64,000 nucleotides of DNA from positions 16,926,001 to 16,990,000 of the forward strand of contig NC_135879.1 in the NCBI RefSeq assembly GCF_964194155.1, in the 5' to 3' direction. This document shows positions 48,801 through 61,760 of this stretch, piece after piece; position 1 is the stretch's first letter; every line of letters begins with the position of its first letter. The translations under genes were made by a program, and so were the position numbers. This DNA comes from Cetorhinus maximus (lineage: Eukaryota). The notes under the pieces are model-generated. The model ran no database searches, had not been told where the DNA came from, and saw nothing but the letters and a program-made list of their open reading frames with translations.

Positions 48801-51139
48801 AAAGTGGGCAATTGCTTAAAAGATGCATATTGAGATCCTACGCTGGCTGCACACAAGACACACACACATTCAGTCCAAGTGTATCAGTTGGTGAGTGCAA
48901 GCAGCCGTTTTTAAGGAGAATTTTAAAGAATCTTCAGAAATGAACGCAATTTTGGAAGGTCAGGACTAACACCCCTGTTCCCCCCCACCCCACCCCCGGC
49001 TCCGCAAAGTATTGCAGCCTCCCACCAGCCCATGCAGGACCCCTCTGGGATAAGTCCCGCCCTCCCCTGCCACACCCCGGACCCAACCTGCCAGGCTCAT
49101 TGTGATTCACCGCCCTCCCACAGCCGGCAAGCTGCAGCACAGCACCATTTGGTACCTGCAGTTCGCCCAGTGGAATTCCAATGAAGCCCAAGCTTGAGGA
49201 CAGTTCGGTCTCCCAGTGTTGGCTCTGGGCGCAGCCACTGCACTTCCACTGAGTTCGGAGGCGAAAGTCCAAAATCACCCACCATGTCTCCTTAGAGAGT
49301 ATGGGTGAGGGATTTACAATTCCACAGTCATTATTAATGCTTCGAGCTGTCCAATGTTGTTTTAAATACTTGTTCACAGACATTCAATCTCTTTGTGACA
49401 TTAACTCATTTTGTTTTAGTTTTCTCATTTAATATTTTGATATCTCTTTGCTTATCTACACATTATTTGTGGCCAAGAGTTTCCGCTCTGTAAGCAGTCG
49501 GCGATCCGGGCACAAACTGCATTAATTTTAAGAAGAGTTTTTGTTTGCATTCGAACTTTCTTGCATTTTGCTGAACATAAAATCTTCCATCAAAATGCGC
49601 AATTAGGCAACATTTTCCAACAGTTTAAAATCAGTTTTGCTTTAATAAAGATTTCTTGATCTGTTTGAGTGGTAACCTGGCGAAGACGCCTTAAACCATT
49701 TTCAATTGTATTATCACAAACCATGTTTCAATACTTTAATCAGAGTCTATAGTTCACCAACTGTGAGCTTTCCGATATTAAATAACTGGAAGTAACTAAA
49801 AACATTCGCAGAACCATTTTCTAATTTCATCAGTTTCTTAGTAAATGAATGCAAAACGTTTAAAAGCTTTTACAAATGTGCCCTTTCGTGTCCTTGCGCC
49901 TAAAAACAAGTTAATTTTAAAGCTTACTCGAACCCTGCAAATGGACACAATGAGCCGAAATTCGCAATGCTGATGAATTCGATATGGGAGTATTGCCAGT
50001 TTGGAGCTGGGGGTCAGTTTCCACTGTGGTGGGGTTTATTCGACTAGTGCAAAATGATGGGGAAACCAATTTGCAGTGGACTGGATTAGCGCTTGAAATT
50101 CCTCGGTCGTTTGCACTGCTTTGGTCGATTTGTGGTGGATTGCACTGAAATGTAACCTAGTGGAAGCTCCGGCTCTGTATCTCTCACCACCTTGCAGCCC
50201 TCTTTCTTTCGCCCCACTGACAGTATTTTCTCACTAGTTACTTCAGGTAAGCTTTCCGTTTCTAATTCACTAGTTAATGCTGCTCATTGCTACCCGAACC
50301 CAGAATCTTCCCCACGTTCCTAACATATGGGTTTAAATAACTTTTGAAGATGTATATTAAGCCTTCACTTCCACAGACATGTTTATTAAACATTCATTGC
50401 ACTAATGTTTAATGGTAAGATTATTGAATCATTGGATGATACAATTGGGGCATTTTCTTAGTCTGCACCAGTTTAGGGAGGCATTTGCGAAAAAAAAAAG
50501 TTTCAATGTTTTAGAGTTCAAAAAAATTGCTAACTGCTGTTTTGAAAGAGGTCCTTGGCTCACCTGTCACCTCTTTATATAAATAAATGGGACATAAGCA
50601 CAAGAGAAAAGGTAGATTGAAGTTTTATTTCAATACCAACTAGCAGACATGACAAATTGCGAGGAAGAGGGCATGACTTGCAGAATTGCAAGGACAGGTT
50701 AGTGGAGTGGGCAGGTAGGTGACAGATGCAGTTTAATGCAGGGAGATGTGAAGCTGTACATTTTAGGAAAAAGAACAATGAAATATGTACTCTAAATGAC
50801 AAGATTCTTAGCAGAGAGGAGGAACAGAGAGATGTAGCAGTGCAAATGGATCTTTAAAGTTAGGGGTGCATGTAGAAAAAGCCAACAAAAAGGGTAAATG
50901 ATTTTGGGTTTTAAGTTCAAGAGTATGGAATATAAAGCAAGATACAATGTTCAATTGGCAAGGCTACAATTAGAGGATTTTCTGAAGTACTAGGCACCTT
51001 GTTAGAGGAAGGATATTCAAGCCTTGGAAAGAGAATAGTAAAGATTTACTGAAATTATATTATAGTTATAAAGAAAACTGCAAAAAGATTTGATGCATTT
51101 TTGAAGCAGCACCAAGTACTAATGGCTAATCTAAGTTGT

Positions 51140-51465
51140 GGTTTAGCTCAGTTATTTCTGAATCAGAAGGTTGTGGGTTCGATCTTCCCTGTATAATCCA
51201 GGCTGAAATTTTAACATGGTACTGAATTGTTAGGGACAACATCTTTTGGATGAGACGGGTTGAGGTAAAAGATCCACACAGTTTGAAGAGCAGAGAGTTG
51301 TCCCCCCTAACATTACTTCCTCAACCAAAAACAGATTCTCTATTCATTTCACTCACTGTGCGCAAATTGGTTGCCAGGTTGTCAGTGAAACTTTAAGATC
51401 TGTTGTTTGTAAAGGTTTTGGGAGGCCCAAGGATATGATGAGGTACTATGTAAGTTCAAGTTTGT
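51140..51465 (+). mobile_element. Deu-domain SINE, diverged
   Basis: tctgaatcagaaggttgtgggttcga head, gtaaaagatcc core, tgtgcgcaaattggttgcc tail; splits an old CR1 fragment (about 50660-51800). Confidence 0.65.
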
Positions 51466-52949
51466 TCTTGTGGATGATTTCAGAATTAGAACAGCTCTTT
51501 AAACAGAGAGGAACTAGTGAAAGATTGTTTCCATTGATTAGTGAATCATTAACAAAAGGAAATTTACTCAGGATTATCACAAAGAATGAAGGAGAAGGCG
51601 AGGAGATTTTTCACACACAAATAGGGAACACTTTCCTACAAGTGGCTACTGAGATAGTTACTCATTTAAAAGGAATCAGAAGCGTATTTCAAAATGAAGA
51701 CTATAAAACGGTGCAGGGAAATGTTAAGAGAGATGAATGGATAACTCTAGTTGAAGAGCCTGCACTTGCCCAGAACAATAGGTCAAATAACTTCTTTCTG
51801 CGCTGTGAATTCAGTAATTATACCTACTAGGATTGCAACCAAACCATATTAATTGTACTAAACCTTGCACATATTTGACGTGATTCAGTTAGTCGGTGCA
51901 AGTTCAGAGCTGTATGTGCAGAGCCCATTTTTGAATGTAATTCATTGCATGCAACCAAATTAGGGGCTGGTCTTAATCGACACATTAATCACATGATTTC
52001 CATCAGTTGGAAATGTTTTTAGAAAGTGACTTCAGAAAACCTAGAAGAGGAAGCATTTTTTTATTCAACATTTAGACAAGCCATAGCTTACTCCTCTGAG
52101 ACATTGTACCTAAGAATTTAAACTTTAGCAATTCTGGACAAATTAATAACGTTGTTCATGGCTCTCCCAAACAACACTGCTCTTAATGAAATACTGCAGT
52201 ATCTCCAATTATTCAACTGCAATGTATTTTCCCTCTCATGTAATTAAAATTATATCATAGTGAATTTGTATCATTCTCAAACATGGTCCGCTCTGCATTG
52301 GAGCAGGGCTTTGCTTGGCTGGAAATAGGTTGGGAGTATTCTCAGCTCTAACCTGTAATGTGTCAGATAACTGGTATACCAGGTGGCTAGCAGGTAAGAT
52401 CCATCTGTGGATCCAGGCTTAGGTATTGGCCTGGGCTCCCAAAATAAGAAGTCGCAAGTTAGTAGAGTGAACCTTGCACATGGTACCAAGATATCCAAAA
52501 AATATCTTCATGCTGATGGCACTAACAAGTGACTGAAAACACTATATTCCCTCTAGCTATTGGTAGACATTCAAGATGTGCCCATAATAAGTATGTGTCC
52601 AAAATGCAGGTGCCCACCCCAAACAGATAAAGATTTCACTACCCGCCCGCCCCAACCCCGGATCCTGGATAATCTAGCAGAGTCAGTGGCAGAGATTGCT
52701 AACGGGTTGGTCAAAAGATGTTGGGGCCTATTCAATTTTTTATAGTGAGGGTCACTGTACAAACACATTGGTCCTAAAAATCCACAGGAATCAACATCCT
52801 GGCATGAATACTGAGATTCCCTCACCAGGAAATTCCAATGCTAACCCTGCCAGAATCCACCCAGTGTCAGGAGGGTCCCCACTTTATATTTTAACAGTGG
52901 GTGTTGGAGCCACTGTGCTTCTCAGGTGTCTGAACAAAAGAGAGAATAT

Positions 52950-53367
52950 GCTGCCATTCACAACCTCAGGGCATCTCAAAAAGGTTTTACAGCCAGTGAA
53001 TCACTTTTTGTAGTGCAGTCCCTGCTGTAATATTAGAAACATAGCAGCCAGTTTGCACACAGCAAGATCTTACAAATAGCAATGAGATAATGACCAGAAA
53101 ACCTGTTTCAGTGATGCTGGTTCAAAGATAAATATTGTTCAGGACCAGGAAAACTCCCCCACTCTTCTTCAAAGGTGCTTACGGAATCTTTTACATGCAC
53201 CTGAGAGGGCAGATGGGGCCTTGATTTAATATCTTATGTAAAAATACCATCCTCCAACAGTGCAGCACCCCTACACTGAAATATCAACCGAGTCTCTAGA
53301 GTGAGGCTTGAACCCATAACTTCCTTACTTAGAGGCAAGTGTATTAGCTCTGAGCCAGGGCTGACAC
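52950..53367 (-). mobile_element. Deu-domain SINE (SacSINE1/AmnSINE-like)
   Basis: Reverse complement of a tRNA-like head (cttgaaccca) and Deu core (ttttacatgcacctgagagggcagatggggcc), plus tail cagccagtttgcacacagcaag. Confidence 0.75.
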
Positions 53368-53371
53368 AGGA

Positions 53372-53575
53372 ATCAGGTGCACTTCTCTAGATATGATGCC
53401 CTTAGGTAGCTACATCGATGAAGCATGTGATCACCCACAGTGCTGATAGGGGGAGTGTAATCCTTGCCTGGGGCTGGTTGGAAGAGAAAAACTGTCTTTT
53501 TAATTCTGATAGTCATGCCAGATTGCAGGCAATCTGCTGCAAAGTGATTTATGATTGTTTGCTCATCATCCTGAG
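53372..53575 (-). mobile_element. RTE-clade LINE RT fragment
   Basis: QTIINHFAADCLQSGMTIRIKKTVFLFQPAPGKDYTPP resembles RTE/BovB GLTISxKKT.V..QPAPG. Confidence 0.7.
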
Positions 53576-54539
53576 GGTGGCTCATGAGAATATCTCATGA
53601 GTCATAGTAAATAGGAATTAATGAATAACTTTATTCGTTTTTAAAAATTGAAAATCTCAAGCAAATGTGTTGCCATTGTCACCTGTCGCCATATAAGCAC
53701 ATAGGAACAGAAAATCTACAGCCTTTCCATTGTCCTCCTACCATACCTCTGACAAGACTGTGACCGAAGGGTTGTGAATTATTCCAGGGAAGAGATCCTA
53801 CCCTTCCTCAGTCGTTTCAGTGATGCCTTGTGAAAGGAAAACCAAACAGGGCTAGCAGCGTGGGAGTTGCTGCAAGAGCATGGGGGTCAGTATGCTGATG
53901 GGGCCAAGTATGACAGCTTAATCAACAGCATATGGGACTTGAATTGCAGCCAAGAGCCTTAAAGATTTGAGGAATTCCTGAAGGGTTTTTAAGTCCAAAA
54001 TGCACCACTAATAATGCAAATACCCATCACTGGCATTTAAAAAAGGCAACCTCCTTCTGACCTCATCAACTTTATTTGGGTCAGCACTCGAGGTCATTGT
54101 TGGGTGGATTCCCAATATTTACACTAGAGTCAAAATCTGCTGGGGTTTTGGACCCATTGCGTTTTTCTTAAATGTACAGAAGCAGTTAATAAAAGTTTTT
54201 TTGTGTGCTTATAGTAACTCATCTCTGCTCTTGTTTGTAGTAAGCTTAAGTTTCCAAATTAAGGCACATTTTATCCCACATATGGATCTTAAGCTAGCCT
54301 TTGTTGTGGATCCATATTTATGTCCAGTTAGGCAGTAGTAAAAACTTTCTTCAGTCAATTTTCTTCCTGTACTCACCTGAAGCATAGCAACTTACATTAC
54401 ATTGTTAGAAAGTCTATCATTCAGTAGTAAAATAATGCAGATTCTGAGAGTCTGAAATAAAAATAGAAAATGCTGGAAGGATTCATCAGGTGTGGAGGGA
54501 AAAACGTTAAGGTTTGAGGTTGATGGCTTCTCATCAGTT

Positions 54540-55040
54540 CATTAGGAATAGGAGTACGCCATTCAGCCCCTCAGCCTGTTCCACCACTGGATGAGATAAT
54601 GGCTGACCTAAGTCCACATACCTGCCTTTGCTGGATATCCCTTAATACTTTTACTTAACAAAAACTAGAAATCCCATTTTAAAAGTAATAATTGATCTGG
54701 CATTGGCTGCACTTTGCAGAAGGGAGTTCCAAACTTCTACCGCCCTTTGCATGTAGAATTGTTTCCTAGCTTCTCTCCTGAAATATCTGACTCTTTTAGG
54801 CTATGTTTTGCAGTCATACACTCCTCAATCAGTGGAGATAGTTTCTCTCTATTTGCCCTATCTGTTCCCCTTAATATCTCAAAAACCTCAAATTAGCCTT
54901 TAACCTTATAAATTCCTGGGATTGCAAGGGTAGTCAGTTTAACTGTTGATGGCTAGCTATCATTCTAGTAAATCTATGCTATATTCTGTCCAAAGTTAAT
55001 ATATTCTTCCTAAATTGTGGTGCCCAGAACTGTACTTGGT
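54540..55040 (-). mobile_element. CR1 LINE 3' fragment
   Basis: ataggagtacgccattcagcccc tail...tggtgcccagaactg (YCVQFW region in reverse). Confidence 0.7.
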
Positions 55041-55634
55041 GTGATCTAACTCAAGTTCAGTCTTTCTAGATGATTTGGGCATAGGGAGCAGTACATCAAA
55101 ATTTGCTGACTACACAAAAGTAAGGGGGTTAGTAAACATTAGTTAGTGGAATAGGTGGAAGGGTAGGAGGTCCAAATTATCAGGAGAAGTGATGCATTGT
55201 TAAAGGAAATAAAAAAACGGTACATACATTCGATGGGAACATGTGGAACGATCTGAAGGAGCAGAGAGGCTCAAATATTTAATTCCCTGTAAGTACGAAT
55301 GCTGGTAGAAAAAGCCATAAAAAAAAACCAAGATTGTTTGATTTTATAGATGGGACATACAATACAAGAATAAACATAGTGGTTTGTGCCAGGTAACAGT
55401 TGGGCCTCAGTTAAAACACTGCTGTTTTGGGCACCACCATTATAGAACATACACTAAAGCCATAGAGAGCATTCAACCTAGATTCACCAGGATGTTGCTG
55501 GGGATAGGAGGTTGTAAGTTATGAGGAAAGAGTTAAGATACCAGTAATATTTTTACTGGAGCAGAGAAGATTAAGTGGAGGCGTAATAGACATTTTAAAA
55601 TTGTGAGAAGTTTTGATAAAGAGACAGGGAAATA

Positions 55635-57639
55635 CAGTGAAACCACAAGCTTGGATGACACAAAATTCCAGTTATGTTGAAGGCGTCTACCCTTCCCGCT
55701 GGCACAATAGCAAATCCCATAGAACGATGCCCGAAATTCTGCATAGTAATTACAGATTAGCCAAACTTGTCAAAGCTTGTCATATGACCGTGTCAACCAA
55801 TCAGAGCAGAGTTAGACCACGCAAGAGTGCCAAATCATGGAGCGCTGGGATATCCGTCTTTTGACATTGAAATATCCCCATGAAGGGATGTGCAAAACCT
55901 GCGATTATGGCTAAACCTGTGAGAAAGTTAAAAGCGTTGTCGATCAGAGAGAAGGTGAAGCTGATACAGCAAGGGAAAAACCGTGGCGCGAAGTGGAAAG
56001 CTGACATCGCAAAGAAGTGGGAGATTCCGCCATTATGGAACACAAGGGGAACATCCTGGAACGGTTAGACAAACAGGCATTCTTACCAGCAAGGAAGAAG
56101 ACAAAAACGGCTGCCTATCTCGATGTTGAAGAAGTTCTGCTAACATGGTTCAAGGCAACCCTGCAGGAAAGAGGAGTCACCCTGGCAAAGAAGCTGGGCC
56201 ACATGGAGTTCGCCTGCAGTGATGGATGGCTGGACCAATTCAAGACAAGGCACAGCATCATCTTCTGCACGGTAAGCAGCGAGGGTGCAGCGGTTATGGC
56301 AGCAATGACAATTGATTGGCTCCAAAATGATCTTGTCCACGGCTTGAATGAGTATGCACCACAACACATCTTTAATGCAGATAAAAACTGTTTTATTGTC
56401 TTTTGCCAAACTGCTCTTTAAGGTTTAAAGGTGAAGCGTGTAATGGTGGAAACTGGAGCAAGGAATGCGTCACTGCCATGGTCTGAACAACATGGCTGGT
56501 ACCGAAAAGCTGTTGCTTCTTGTGACCCGTCACAAATGTCAAGGCACTACCCACGCAGTACAGGGCTAACAAAGCCACCTGGATGACTGACAGCATTTTG
56601 AGGCATGATCAGGAAAGAGGGCAAACCATAGCATCAAAAGAAAAGGAAGATTGTCATCATTACAGACAACTGCCCCCCACTTCCTGATAACACTGACCTC
56701 AAGAGCATGAAACTATTGTTCGTGCCTCGTAACACCACGGCCAAGCTCCAGCCAATGGATAAGGAGATAATTAGGAATCTAGAAACCCACTACTAACGGC
56801 AGCTGATCTCTCAGATTATCGAGCCACCGATAAGAAGCAGGAGTACAATCCAACTCTTCCCGAGGCCATGTCCATGATGAAGAAGGCATGGAAGATGGTG
56901 TTGGAAACCACAGTTGCCAACTGCTTTCACCATGCTCAGTTCCAATAGGTCATGAATGCTCAAGACATTGAAAACAAGGAGAAGCGGTACGAGGCCGACC
57001 TACCCAATGACGAGGAACTTTTCGTTCTCCTGCAGGAGGCTGGCATGGAAATTCCAGCAGAGAGAACCTTGAAAACTTGGACAATGCCATACCTTGCACG
57101 ATGGAACTGACAGATGATGCAATTGTATTCAACCGAGGAGCTCAAGGAGGCCGACGACCCTGGAGAACCCGATGAATGCTCGCCCGCCTGTTCCCCTAGC
57201 TGTAGCCGCAAAGGGTTGTAGCGATGCTCCAGGATTCCGTACTGCAACACGAAAACACCAAGGACGTGTTTGACTGCATTGACAACATGATGGACTGTAT
57301 CATGGACGTTGGAAAACGGCATGCAAAGCAGAGAAAGGTTACGAAGTTTTTCCAGAGCTCACTCCTGAGAGTGCATTTTCAATGCAAAACTCCGGCCGTT
57401 TACAAGGTCAGGCCATTGTAAGGAGTAAACAAATTGTATAAAGACTTTTTCACACATTTACTGTGTTTTCATTTGGCATGTGAGTCTATTGTTTCTGACA
57501 TAGACCATGTTTGTAGGCATATCCGGTTACATAGAGGTATATTCATGTGGGAATGGGGCCTAGTTGGCTATCCTGAAGCTCTGCTTAACTCACATTTGTG
57601 GGTGGATCCCCTGCTATTCGACTCATTGGGATTTTACTG
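55635..57639 (+). mobile_element. Tigger/pogo (Tc1/mariner superfamily) DNA transposon, decayed
   Basis: TA|CAGTGAAACC left end and GGATTTTACTG right end; CENP-B-type transposase remnants inside; the flanks are two halves of one CR1 fragment. Confidence 0.85.
55907..57367 (+). pseudogene. Tigger-type transposase (CENP-B HTH + DDE_1), frameshifted
   Basis: RKLKALSIREKVKLI...KADIAKKWEI; YLDVEEVLLTWF; FACSDGWLDQFKTRH; YAPQHIFNAD; PRNTTAKLQPMD; C-terminal KQRKVTKFF. Confidence 0.88.
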
Positions 57640-58679
57640 CGCTCCCTCTGGTTGAAAGCCTGTGACAAGAGGTCATCAAATTAAAATCATCATTAAATAA
57701 ATGATGGGAATGGTTAGGAGAAATTTCTTTACACAGAAGCTGGTTGGAGCATCAAATACCATAAACAGCGGCGTATAAGTTCACATAATCACAGAATTGT
57801 TACCGTGTGGAAGGAGGCTATTCGGCCCATCGAGTCCGCACCAGAGCTTTGAGCAAAGTATAAGGGCCACCTCATTTTTCCGGCCTCAAAAATTATGTTT
57901 TTGCATACACTCACCATATAAGAAGATCCCCTTTTCACGGGTCCATAAAATTCCACCCCATGTTTTAATTAATGGTAGCTTTTAACTGGGAGTAAGGGAT
58001 TAATCAAGGGGATATGAGCTGTGTTGTGAAGGTGTGCAAGAGTTTAAGACATGCACACTCTGTGTCAGAAGCAGATAACATTTCAAAATGTCAACCACTA
58101 CACCCATGCCAGTGTCTCATTTTTATACTCAGTGTATAATTAACCACCCACTCCCCCACCCCAGCCCTGGTTTTGGAGGGATTTTTTTGGGGGGGCTTCA
58201 AGGATCAACAATATTCTGTCAGTTCAAATTTCACCATGGCAGTTGGGGAATTTGAATTCAGCCTTTAGGAATCTGGAAATGGAAAGCAGGTATCAATAAA
58301 AAGTAACCCTTAGTTCATTAATGGCTTAGTGCCTTAGCTTGGAGGTCATACAGTAAAGGTTTATTATATTGATTCCCAGCATTGTATGGGGTGGGCAGAG
58401 GGGTATCCCAAAGATGTGCTGGGAATCCCCTTTCGAAGTTCCCAGGTAAGGGTAGGCATGGCAACTGAGAAGTGCAAATTCCCTCTGAGCAATTGTCCTG
58501 CACTGGGAACCATTCAAAAAATTAAATCACAAACTGTATGGTCCGGGCTGGGTTACACTAATAGTTGTCCAGAAAAAGTTAGAAGAATTAAAACCTCTTC
58601 TAACTTCTGGGTTACTGTTGTAAAGATCCAGACCGACCCCATCACCACCCAAGGAGACTGTGCCCACCCCTGGGGACTG

Positions 58680-59140
58680 TACCTCCATCCCCAACTACCT
58701 CCTTCCCCCCTCACAGGACTGCCCCCATCCCCTGACCCCAAAGGGGAATCCTCTCACTCCCTGACTAACCCCGCCCCCCATGGGATTCCCCCCACCCACA
58801 TGGGACTCCTCCCCCCACCCCACAGGCCGGGTCTGAACTGACCCTGACCCAACCCATCCTGGACCCAGCCCCCCTACCCCTACCCCCCCGACCTGTCCCA
58901 ACTCAACACCCCCGACCCGATACGAGGCTCCCCCGGACCTCCCTTACCCCCCCCACAACACCCCCTGACCTCCCCCCCCCAAACTGCTGAGGTCCAACCC
59001 GCCCCGCCCCCAGGCCCCTCCGGAGGCCCAACCCCCCCTGAGGCAACAAAACCATCCCCCCACCGAGGCCCAGCTCCCCCTGCCTAGCCCTGACCCCCAA
59101 ATCCTCCGAGTTCTGACCCCCACCCACCCACCCACCCACT
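58680..59140. repeat. C-rich low-complexity tract (G-runs on the minus strand)
   Basis: Dense runs of 3-10 C separated by short spacers. Confidence 0.85.
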
Positions 59141-59174
59141 GCTGATTGCCACTCCGAGGAAGTTACGGCCTATA

Positions 59175-59530
59175 GTCTCAGGAGTTTAGAAGAATGAGAG
59201 GTGACCTCATTGAAAATATAAGATTCAGAAGCAACTTATCAAGGTAGACACTGAGAGGTTGTTTCCCCTGGCTGGGGAATCTGGAACACAGGGGCACAGC
59301 CTCAGGAGAAAGGGTCAATCATTGAGGACTGAGATGAGGAAACATTTCTTCACTCAGAGGGTCGCGAATCTTTGGAATTCTTAAGCCCAGAAGGTTTTGG
59401 ATGCTCCATCGTTGAGTAAATTCAAAGCTGAGATATATATTTGGTCTTACAGGGAATGAGGAGCAGGCAGGAAAGTGGAGTTGAAGCAGAATGCCAACCA
59501 CGATCGTACTGAATGATGGAGCAAGTTCAA
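59175..59530 (+). mobile_element. CR1 LINE family B 3' end
   Basis: agaagaatgagaggtgacctcattgaaa...ttcttcactcagagggtcgcgaatctttggaattc. Confidence 0.8.
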
Positions 59531-59531
59531 G

Positions 59532-59665
59532 GAGCTTTTGAAGAAGAGTCATATTGGACTCAAAACGTTAACTCTATTTCTCGATTCACAGATGTTGCCA
59601 GATCTGCTGGGTTTTTCGAAAACTTTCTGTTTTTATTTCAGATTTTCAGCACACTCAATATTTTC
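59532..59665 (+). mobile_element. Penelope-like terminal repeat with mutated hammerhead motif
   Basis: ttgaagaagagtc(atattg)gactcaaaacgttaactct...cacagatgttgccagatctgctg. Confidence 0.65.
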
Positions 59666-60305
59666 TTTTATAATGAGAAGCCATATGAATTACTCCTGCT
59701 CCTGTTTTTTATGTTCTTCTGTCCTTCCCAGAAGGAAACCCATGGTCCTGACCTAATCTGGCCTATTTGTGACTGGAGTCGCATACCAATGTAGTTAACT
59801 CTTAACTGCACTCTGAAGTGGCCTAGCAAGCCACTGAGTAGCAACAAACAGCTACAAAGAATCAGCATTGTGGGGTAATCTTCACCATGTGGGTTGCAAC
59901 CGTTCAAGGGAAAGGTCCACCACCCTCATCTTAGAGCAACTGGAGATGGGCAATAAATGCCAATGGTGCCCTACGGATGGGAAATAAATGTGGTGCCTGC
60001 CTCCTGAGAATGAATAAGGAAAATTCTCCAGTGGAAAATGTCATGTTATCCAGATAGTGATGCGATTCAGGAAATTTACACACACCTCCCAACACTCCCA
60101 CCTATATATACACACACCCACTTAAAGCACGACAATTTGATACCTGGTTGGCTTTTGCTGATTTAGCTGTGGCAACTGGAGGGGTGCTACAATTAGCTCC
60201 AGGAGCTTTGTGAGTAAAAGGAAGATCTATCTGGTTGACTGTTTCTGATCATTATCCAACAGCCCCTGGAGGAAGTGCACAGAAGTGCAGGTCAGTGATC
60301 ACATG

Positions 60306-60990
60306 GGTCAGAATCTTGCCCTTGTCAGGCGGGCTCGGTGGGGGCGGTCGGGAAGCCGACTGCCACCTGCAATTGAGGCCAGGAGGCGATTTCACGTTGG
60401 CAGGCCAATTAAGGCCCACCCAGCGTGAAACGCGAGTGGCAGCGCTCATCGCTGCCTGTGCAGAAGGTGGGGGGTGAAGGGCGAGCGGGGCAAGCGCGAA
60501 CTTCACACATGAGCGCGAGTGGGCGCTTGATAATCTCCCCGAGGCACGGAGCTGCCTCAGAGAGATGAAGAGTTTTTTTTAAAAATAATAAAGAAATTAA
60601 AAATGCTATAATGACGCTGTCACATGAGCAGGGACATGTTATTAATTAAACTTAAACATTTTTATTTTATTTTTATTTGCTTTAGGATACCTCATCCCGC
60701 TCGTGGATGAGGTTTCCTAAAAAAATGCAAAAGCGCCTTGGCCTTTTCGCCAGCCTGCCAAGCGTATGGTTGGACGAACAGTGAAAAATGTCAGTCAATT
60801 GATACTTTAATGGCCTTAATAGGTCTTTTAATTGTCAGCGAGCACACAGCCAACTCCGGCACACACCCACCAACCGAAATATTGCGCAACTGCGTGTTGA
60901 CTCGGGGACGCTTGCCCAATGTCAACACGCGTCATTTTACGCTCGAACGGGTCGGGCGCACGCCTGCCCGTCGAGCTAAAAATTTTGCCC
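60306..60990. mobile_element. Non-autonomous Harbinger-type MITE
   Basis: Ends ggtcagaatctt ... aaaattttgccc, 3-bp flanks atg/ata; CpG-rich subterminal arms around an AT-rich core. Confidence 0.7.
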
Positions 60991-61094
60991 ATAGGATGGT
61001 TGGAGCATTGAGTGCTTTTCCATAGTGAATGGTTGTGACAAAGACCAATGCAACTTTTAAGGGAAAAGTGGATAAACAATTGAAGCAGGTATGG

Positions 61095-61760
61095 ACAGGT
61101 TGCTTCTCCTTGGGATCAGGATGCACTCTGGTTCAGTGGACTCTGAGGTGACAGGTGGTGCTTGAAGGATCAGGTAGATGAGTTGTTGGGAGGTTTGTGC
61201 ACTTTCTCTGGCACCTCGACTTCACCTCTGTGTGTTCCTGATGAAGCCTTTCAACGTGTTCAGTGCCTTTCTGAAGGAACGTTCTCCGTTTTGGTCAGTC
61301 ATAAGCCAGGGACTCCCAGTACTCAGCAGGAATGTTTGATCTCTTCAGGGATGAAGCGTTTCTGTTGTCCTTCTGGGAGTGTCCTGCCACGATCAAATTC
61401 TGAATAGAGCAGTTGCTTTGGGAGTCTGGTGTCAGACATATGAGCAACATATCTTGCCCAGCGGAGCTGGTTTTGAGTGATTAGCACCTTGATGCTGGGC
61501 AAGTTGGGTTGGAAAAGATTGCTGTTCTTCGACTGCCTTTCTTGCCACCAGATTTTGAGGCTCTTGCCAAGACTCCGCTGATGATATCCTCCTCTAATCT
61601 GGCTGCCCTCAGAAATTTGTTACCATTCTCCACCTACTCCACAATGATCAGGCATGCCATGATCCTCAATAATGGAACCACCACATACCCTATCTCAGTG
61701 AAGACTTGCGTCAGACAATGACATGGGTCATTGCACTAACCCTCTTTTCCATTTTCCTTG
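61095..61760 (-). mobile_element. RTE-clade LINE fragment with an inverted RT segment
   Basis: Minus strand NQLRWARYVAHMSDTRLPKQLLYSEF..G....GQQKRF; plus strand 61597-61760 GCPQKFVTILHLLHND...VKTCVRQ...IALTLFSIFL. Confidence 0.8.

Noticed and set aside
47503-48865. Long 441-aa and 315-aa minus-strand ORFs
   Set aside because: By-products of the C/T-rich strand of the polypurine satellite and the antisense of a GC-rich exon; the translation is S/L/P low complexity.
52590-52700. CPKCR...FTTRPPQPRILDNLAE, resembling the end of a TRIM RING domain
   Set aside because: No upstream RING cysteines/histidine and no B-box found in any frame I checked; likely chance.
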